The position numbers and the translations under genes were made by a program. The notes below the pieces were generated by a model. The model searched no databases, was not told where the DNA came from, and saw nothing but the letters and a program-made list of their open reading frames with translations. Shown in pieces: positions 58,743 through 64,000 of a DNA stretch of 64,000 bases. This DNA is from Ostreococcus lucimarinus (lineage: Eukaryota): NCBI GenBank assembly GCA_000092065.1, contig CP000582.1; one strand, written 5' to 3'. Position 1 is the first letter of the stretch, and the number at the start of each line of letters is the position of its first letter.

Positions 58743-59318
58743 TCACCACGAGCCGACGTTGGGCATCGACGCCCACGGTTCGCGCGCCTCGAGCGGCTCG
58801 CCTTTTTGCAAAATCTCCACCGAGATCCCGTCCGGCGATTTCACGAACATCATCTTCCCGTCGTGCGGCGGCCGTAAAATCTCAATCCCGGCGTCTCGAA
58901 GCTCCGTCGCCTTCGCGAAAATATCGTCGACCGCGTAGGCCAAATGCCCCATCGAACGCGAAGGCGGCGCGAACTCCTCGGGGTCCCAATTATGCGTGAT
59001 CTCGATCTCCGGCGCCCCCGGCGCGGACGCCATGAACACCAACGTGAACCGACCGTTCTCCGAAGACTTTCTTCGCGTCTCTCGAAGCCCGATCGCGCGG
59101 AAAAACCGCATCGTTCGCTCCAAATCGCTCGCTCGAACCATGGCGTGCAAAAACGTCACGTCGCCATCCTTGGGAAGCGAGTTATACGTGTCCGGCGGTA
59201 GGTACGACGAGATCGACGCCTCGGCGGTGGGCATGATTCGTTTTCGAGCGCGCGCGCGTCGCGCGGCGGCGAGAGAAGGCGCGATGAAGTCGGGCAGACG
59301 CGTCCCGCACCGCGCCAT
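58743..59318 (-). CDS. Glyoxalase I / VOC-family lactoylglutathione lyase
   Basis: FLHAMVRASDLERTMRFF...RFTLVFMA...EIEITHNW...GHLAYAVDDI...FVKSPDGISVEILQ. Alternative start at 59234. Confidence 0.75.
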   Translation of the reverse strand: MARCGTRLPDFIAPSLAAARRARARKRIMPTAEASISSYLPPDTYNSLPKDGDVTFLHAMVRASDLERTMRFFRAIGLRETRRKSSENGRFTLVFMASAPGAPEIEITHNWDPEEFAPPSRSMGHLAYAVDDIFAKATELRDAGIEILRPPHDGKMMFVKSPDGISVEILQKGEPLEAREPWASMPNVGSW

Positions 59319-59350
59319 CGCGCGCCGCGCAGTGACGCGCGCGCGCCGCC

Positions 59351-60139
59351 ATGACGCGCGCGGTCGGCGCGCGAGCGCCCGTGCGCGTCGTCGCGTCGGG
59401 ACGAAGGACCGCGCCGTCGACGCGCCGCGTCGCGATCGGCGTCGGCGCGAGCGCGGCGCTGGCGCTCGGCGCGAATTTCTTAGGCGTGACCTCGAGGACG
59501 CTCACGGCGTTCGCGCCGGAGTTCGCGCGAGCGAAGCGGCTGGACGCGCTGTTTCCCGTCGACGGCTTCGCGCGGTGCTACGCGCCGCGCGCGGGGTACG
59601 AATTCGTGGTCCCGATGGACTGGTTGGTGGACCAGACGGTGACGCTGCGAAACGCGCGGCGAGGGGTCGAGTCGCTGGACCCGCCGGAGTTGCGCAAGGG
59701 ACGGGCGAGGGAGGTGAGCGAACCGGACGCGGCGTACGGACCGCGAGGGACGTCGGGCGAGGAGAACGTGTCCGTGATTCGATCATCCGTGCCGAGAGGA
59801 TTCGATTTGAGCGTGTTCGGCGACGCGAATCGACAGGCGGAGTGGTTGCTGGCGAACGTGCTGGCGAAACCGGGGAGCGGGAAGACGGGAGAATTGTTAT
59901 CTGCGAGTCAGCGAAAAGGATCGAACGGAACGGTGTACTATACGTTTGAGTACACGATTCGAAAGGGCGACGGCGCGGCGCCGGATGGGTGGTTCAGACA
60001 CAACATCGGCGTGTTCGCGGTTCGCGGGGATCAGTTGTACACGTTCGTGGCGCAGATTCCCGAAGAGCGATGGCCTAAGATGAAGGAAACGTTTTTCGCC
60101 ATGGCCGAGTCGTTTCGCGTCTTCGTCCCGAGCGGATGA
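59351..60139 (+). CDS. PsbP-domain protein (thylakoid lumen PPD/PsbP-like) with twin-Arg-type presequence
   Basis: RRVAIGVGASAALALGANFLG (RR lumen-targeting motif), KRLDALFPVDGF, YTFEYTIRKG, GDQLYTFVAQIPEERWPK. Confidence 0.7.
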   Translation: MTRAVGARAPVRVVASGRRTAPSTRRVAIGVGASAALALGANFLGVTSRTLTAFAPEFARAKRLDALFPVDGFARCYAPRAGYEFVVPMDWLVDQTVTLRNARRGVESLDPPELRKGRAREVSEPDAAYGPRGTSGEENVSVIRSSVPRGFDLSVFGDANRQAEWLLANVLAKPGSGKTGELLSASQRKGSNGTVYYTFEYTIRKGDGAAPDGWFRHNIGVFAVRGDQLYTFVAQIPEERWPKMKETFFAMAESFRVFVPSG

Positions 60140-60190
60140 GAGGACGACGCGCCGTGTATCGTAATAGTAGAATGTTTGATAAAAAATCAG

Positions 60191-61210
60191 CTATGTTGTG
60201 CTACGCACGGCTTCGGCGACCTCGGACGCGAAATCTTTCTCCTCCACGTCGATGCCTTCGCCGACTTTCATCCGAGTGAAGGCGATGAGTTCACCGCCCT
60301 CAGCCTTGACCGCTTTGCCCACGGTGACGGAGTCGTCCAGGACAAACTTTTGATTCTCCAGGCACACTTCTTCGTAAAACTTATTCATGCGACCGGCGAG
60401 AATTTTTTCCACGATATTCGCGGGCTTTCCGCTGCCTTCGGTCTGCGAGCGATACACCGCCATCTCGCGCTCGTACACGTCGTTCGGCACGCAATCGCCG
60501 CGCAAATACGCCGGCGCGCTCGCGACGACGTGCATCGCGAGCTTATTCGCGAAATCCACGCTCACGCCCTTCGCGACGACGCACGCCGCCTGTCGTCCGA
60601 CGCCCGGCGCCAGCGCACCGTGCACGTACGTCCCGATCACCTCCTCCGATCCCGCCGTCGCCGCGTACGCCGCCGCCCTCCGCACCCGCACGTTCTCCCG
60701 CACGCTCACCGCCGTCTCCCTCGCCATCTCCCCCAGCGTCTTCCCGCTCGTCGTTCGCATCGCTCCCAACCGTTCCTCGCTCAACTCCGTCACCCGTCCA
60801 TCGACGATCGTCCCGCATTCGCTCGCGAACGCCGCGTCCTCGTCCAGCCGCGTCGCCGTCGCCGTCGCCGCCGCTCGCGCCAACGCCCGAAACGTCTCGT
60901 TCCTCGCCACGAAATCCGTCTCCGAGTTCACCTCCGCGATCGCGCACGTCCACGCGCCGTTCGCGCGCGCCGTCGTCGCGCACACGACGCCGTCCGCGGA
61001 CGCGCGGTGCGCTTTTTTCGCCGCCGCCGCGAGTCCGCTCGCGCGAAGATGATCGAGCGCGGCTTCGGCGTCGTAATCGTGCGCGGCGAGCGCGTTTTTG
61101 ACGTCCACGATCGGCGCGCCCGTGCGCTCGCGAAGGCGTTTGACGGCGCCGAGCTTATCGGCGCCCGCGGCGGACGCGAACGCGCGGCGAAGCGGGACGA
61201 GCGCGCGCAT
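60191..61210 (-). CDS. TSF: Elongation factor Ts, organellar
   Basis: AVKRLRERTGAPIVDVKNALAAHDYDAEAALDHLRASG (UBA-like N-terminal domain) and NSETDFVARNETF. Confidence 0.8.
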   Translation of the reverse strand: MRALVPLRRAFASAAGADKLGAVKRLRERTGAPIVDVKNALAAHDYDAEAALDHLRASGLAAAAKKAHRASADGVVCATTARANGAWTCAIAEVNSETDFVARNETFRALARAAATATATRLDEDAAFASECGTIVDGRVTELSEERLGAMRTTSGKTLGEMARETAVSVRENVRVRRAAAYAATAGSEEVIGTYVHGALAPGVGRQAACVVAKGVSVDFANKLAMHVVASAPAYLRGDCVPNDVYEREMAVYRSQTEGSGKPANIVEKILAGRMNKFYEEVCLENQKFVLDDSVTVGKAVKAEGGELIAFTRMKVGEGIDVEEKDFASEVAEAVRSTT

Positions 61211-61555
61211 GGGACGCGCGACCGGGTGTGCGGTGAGGCCAAAGATTCAAACGTTACAATTTCGCTACATCGACGTCGCTCGCGTCGTCCGTCGACGCGC
61301 GTCGTCGGCCGGGTCGTTTTTGTCGACCGCGCGACCCGTCCTGGGCGGTGAGACTGGTGAGACGGTTCGACTGATGAGACTGGTTGTGATGTGCATACCA
61401 ATCGTCGCCGACGAGACCGATTCGCGCGATCGGCGAAGAGGGTTAATTACGAATAGTATTGGACGAGTTCGATGTGCTCATCGAGTGAAGGCGGCGGATT
61501 CCTCGCCGGCGAGTTCCTCGGCGCGCGGCGCGCTCGAGCGCGCGCGCGCGGTGGG

Positions 61556-63154
61556 TCACGACGACGACGCGCGGGACGCCGCGAGGACGCGAGCGACGAA
61601 ATCGCCGAGCGCGCGCCAGGAGGTTTGGTCGAAGGCGGCGACGTCACCGACGCGGAGAAGCTCGGCGAGGGCGTTCAAGTACGCCCAGTACACGACACGC
61701 GCGCCGTCGGCGCGAGCGAGACGGTCGGTGACGATGGATTCGGCTTTGACCCAATCGCTCGAGGCGTCGCCGGGCTCGTTTCGGGCGTCGCGGCGACGCC
61801 AGATTAAATGCGCCTCGATGGCGCTCGCGGCGCGCGGAGGGATCTCGTCCGTCGGCTCGATGTTGATGAGCGAGACGCTGGGTTGCGCGCCCGAACTTCT
61901 GAGCGCCTCGACTTCTTGTCGAAGCGCCACCGAGAGTTCCATCGACGCGTCGCTCGCGAGCTTGAGATCCGTCAGAGCTTCCTCCAAATCGCCGCGCTTC
62001 GCTCGTTCGTTTGCGAGCTCGATCCTGAGATTTTCGTTCATGACCGCGCCGTCCACGACGCCATCTCGCTCCAGCGCGTCCATGCGCTCTAAAAGTCTCG
62101 CCCTCTCGTGCATCGCGTCCGCCTTTTCCCCCTCGAGCGCCGCGACGGCTTCCGCGAGCTCGCGCGTCGTCTGAATCTTTTCCCCGAACGCCGCCGTCGT
62201 CGAATCTCGCGCGCGCGCCAGCGCCGCGTCGAGCTCGGCGCATCTCTTGCGCTCGCGCTCGAGCTCCTCGTGCGTCGCGCGCAGCGTCGTCGTCGCCGAG
62301 CGTAACCTATCCTCTAATTCTTCCAACCTCCGCGTCGCCTCCGACGCGTTCGCCCGCGCCCGCTCGCCGTCCGACGACGACGACCCAGTCTCGCGCTCTC
62401 GCGCGCGCCTCGCGCGCGCCTCAAGCGCTTCGAACGCCATCGCCATCCTCGCCTCCATCCTCGCCGCGATGCGCTCGTACTCGTCCTCCGCGTCGCGCGC
62501 GTCCCGCTCGCGCGCGTCCTCGTCGTCGCCCGCGTCGCGTCCTCGTTCCCACGCCTCCGCCGCGCCCGTCGTCGCCGATTCGAACGCCAGTTCGAGCTCG
62601 CGACCGCGACGCGTCCTCGCGTCGCCTTCGTCGTCGAACCGCGCGCGCGCGTCGCGCGCGGCGTCGCCGACCGCGCGCCTCGGCGTGCCCACTCGCCTGA
62701 ATGCGCGCGCATTCGCGCGTCTCCCGCGCGCGCGGCGCGTCCTCGCGCCGCACCGCGCCGCGGTGACGCGCGACGATATGTTTCCCACCGCTCGCGTCAT
62801 CGCGCGGACGCGCGCGGACGTCCGCGCGGCGCTAACGCGACGCGATGTGACCAATGCCCAATGCGCTTTTTGTCCCGACGCAGTGGATAAACCTTCGCGC
62901 GCTTCAAACGCGCGCGCGCGACCGCTCGAAGCGACGGCGACGCCATGAGCGCGGCGGGAGGAAACTCGCGCGACCGCGTGGCGAGCCAGCAGCTGTCGAT
63001 GGGCGGCGCGCCGGGCGGACGGCGGCGACCGCCGCAGAAAACCTTCGCGGGGTACAGGGAGGGCGACGAGCTCGCGACGACGGGGAGCGGCGCGAGCGCC
63101 AGAGCGGCGCCGCTCGGCGCGGGCGCGACGACGGGACGGCGACGGAGGTCGCAC
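61556..63154 (-). CDS. Hypothetical coiled-coil protein
   Basis: Long heptad-rich middle region (ELERERKRCAELDAALARARD...LEGEKADAMHERARLLERMDALE). The N-terminal ~130 aa of the ORF are Arg-rich and may not be coding. Confidence 0.35.
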   Translation of the reverse strand: MRPPSPSRRRARAERRRSGARAAPRRRELVALPVPREGFLRRSPPSARRAAHRQLLARHAVARVSSRRAHGVAVASSGRARAFEAREGLSTASGQKAHWALVTSRRVSAARTSARVRAMTRAVGNISSRVTAARCGARTRRARGRRANARAFRRVGTPRRAVGDAARDARARFDDEGDARTRRGRELELAFESATTGAAEAWERGRDAGDDEDARERDARDAEDEYERIAARMEARMAMAFEALEARARRARERETGSSSSDGERARANASEATRRLEELEDRLRSATTTLRATHEELERERKRCAELDAALARARDSTTAAFGEKIQTTRELAEAVAALEGEKADAMHERARLLERMDALERDGVVDGAVMNENLRIELANERAKRGDLEEALTDLKLASDASMELSVALRQEVEALRSSGAQPSVSLINIEPTDEIPPRAASAIEAHLIWRRRDARNEPGDASSDWVKAESIVTDRLARADGARVVYWAYLNALAELLRVGDVAAFDQTSWRALGDFVARVLAASRASSS

Positions 63155-63370
63155 CCGTGGTTGGACTACCCGCCGGACTTCGAACGAAAGGTCGGGGCCG
63201 CGCTGGGGGGGCTGGCGAGGGCGCCGGCGCTGCTGCTCTCGCCGCTGCCGCCGGCGGTGCGGTTTTCGTTGGCTCGTAATTTTGGGTTCGTGACGAAGAC
63301 GTTCACGCAGTTTTTCGATAAGGATGGCGTGCAGTCGGTGCAGGAGTCGATCGGGTTGGGGTCGAAGTGA
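62945..63370 (+). CDS. Hypothetical small protein
   Basis: C-terminal non-biased segment HPWLDYPPDFERKVGAALGG...RFSLARNFGFVTKTFTQFFDKDG. Partly overlaps the upstream end of the minus-strand ORF, so one of the two is mis-delimited. Confidence 0.25.
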   Translation: MSAAGGNSRDRVASQQLSMGGAPGGRRRPPQKTFAGYREGDELATTGSGASARAAPLGAGATTGRRRRSHPWLDYPPDFERKVGAALGGLARAPALLLSPLPPAVRFSLARNFGFVTKTFTQFFDKDGVQSVQESIGLGSK

Positions 63371-63468
63371 GAGGATGGACGCGCCGATGGATGGACGCGC
63401 GACGCGAGCGAGGAGACGATTAGCCAGCCTAAAGAATTTTTCATTGAAATATCGAGGGTTTTTTTGTT

Positions 63469-63954
63469 CTACCAGCGACCGAGCGCCATGCCCATGACGC
63501 CGACGAGACCTGCGGCGTAGGATGCGACGGCGGCGGTCTTTTGTTGGCGATCGTAAAAGTTCGCCCCGCGCTTACTCACGGCGACGACGAGTTCTCTCGT
63601 CGTGTTGTTCGGCTCGATGCCGCGCTGCAAGAGTTCGTCGTACACCTCCACCGCCTTGTCGTAATTACCGGCGATGTCCGCGGCTTGGATGAGCGTGTTG
63701 TACGTGTGCACGGTGTGCTCGACGTCGTACAACTCCTTCATCTCGGTCGCGATTTTTGAGCACTCTCGAAAGTTGCCCTCGCTCGCGGGACCGAGCATCA
63801 AGCCGACAAAGGTGTAGTCGTCTGGCGGAATACGCCGCGCGAGCATTTGCTCGAACACCTTGCGCGCTAGATCAGTTTTCCCACTTCGTCCGTACGCCGA
63901 AATCAGCGTGCTATACGTCACGCGAGAGGGCTGAATGTTGTACAACTCTCGCAT
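63469..63954 (-). CDS. Pentatricopeptide-repeat (PPR) protein, possibly continuing beyond the window
   Basis: VTYSTLISAYGRSGKTDLARKVFEQMLARRIPPDDYTFVGLM and HTYNTLIQAADIAGNYDKAVEVYDELLQRGIEPN are canonical 35-aa PPR units. C-terminal hydrophobic helix. Confidence 0.6.
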   Translation of the reverse strand: MRELYNIQPSRVTYSTLISAYGRSGKTDLARKVFEQMLARRIPPDDYTFVGLMLGPASEGNFRECSKIATEMKELYDVEHTVHTYNTLIQAADIAGNYDKAVEVYDELLQRGIEPNNTTRELVVAVSKRGANFYDRQQKTAAVASYAAGLVGVMGMALGRW

Positions 63955-64000
63955 GTCTCTAAATAAAACCTCCGCGCGCTGCCACTGCGTGCACTTGCCC

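Noticed and set aside
1-64000. Search for tRNA, rRNA and transposon or integrase signatures
   Set aside because: No canonical T-loop (GGTTCGANTCC) or cloverleaf candidates stood out. No rDNA-like conserved stretches. No transposase, integrase or reverse-transcriptase motifs appeared in any frame. None could be supported without tools.

Overview
This 64 kb window is nuclear DNA from a GC-rich, very gene-dense eukaryote, most plausibly a green-lineage picoalga. The evidence for that placement is a single-chain urease, a green-type LHC with an Ala/Arg-rich transit peptide, PsbP and trigger-factor plastid genes, eEF3 and a selenoprotein. Base composition and compaction resemble Mamiellophyceae such as Micromonas, but no species can be assigned from sequence alone. 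About 40 protein-coding genes can be supported on both strands. Nearly all are intronless, and I found only two canonical GT-AG introns, both with a GTGCGTG donor. Gene spacing is extreme: convergent genes 48 bp apart, tandem genes 22-28 bp apart, and head-to-head start codons 56 bp apart. The window opens with a urea-utilisation cluster of a DUR3-like transporter tail, fused urease, UreG and UreD. It also contains a Sec-containing glutathione peroxidase whose in-frame TGA sits at the catalytic position, with a SECIS-like stem-loop in its 3' UTR. Other items worth a second look are a lower-GC cytidylyltransferase-RraA fusion gene, an RNase H / DEDDh exonuclease fusion, an isoamylase paralog lacking catalytic residues, a Bud20/ZNF593 ortholog without its zinc ligands, an 11.7-copy 40-bp minisatellite in a divergent promoter, and a short telomere-like TTTAGGG repeat. 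No rRNA, tRNA, CRISPR or transposon could be supported. Non-coding stretches are typically >70% GC and so carry few stop codons, which is why many long Arg/Ala-rich ORFs in the six-frame track are antisense or out-of-frame artefacts.
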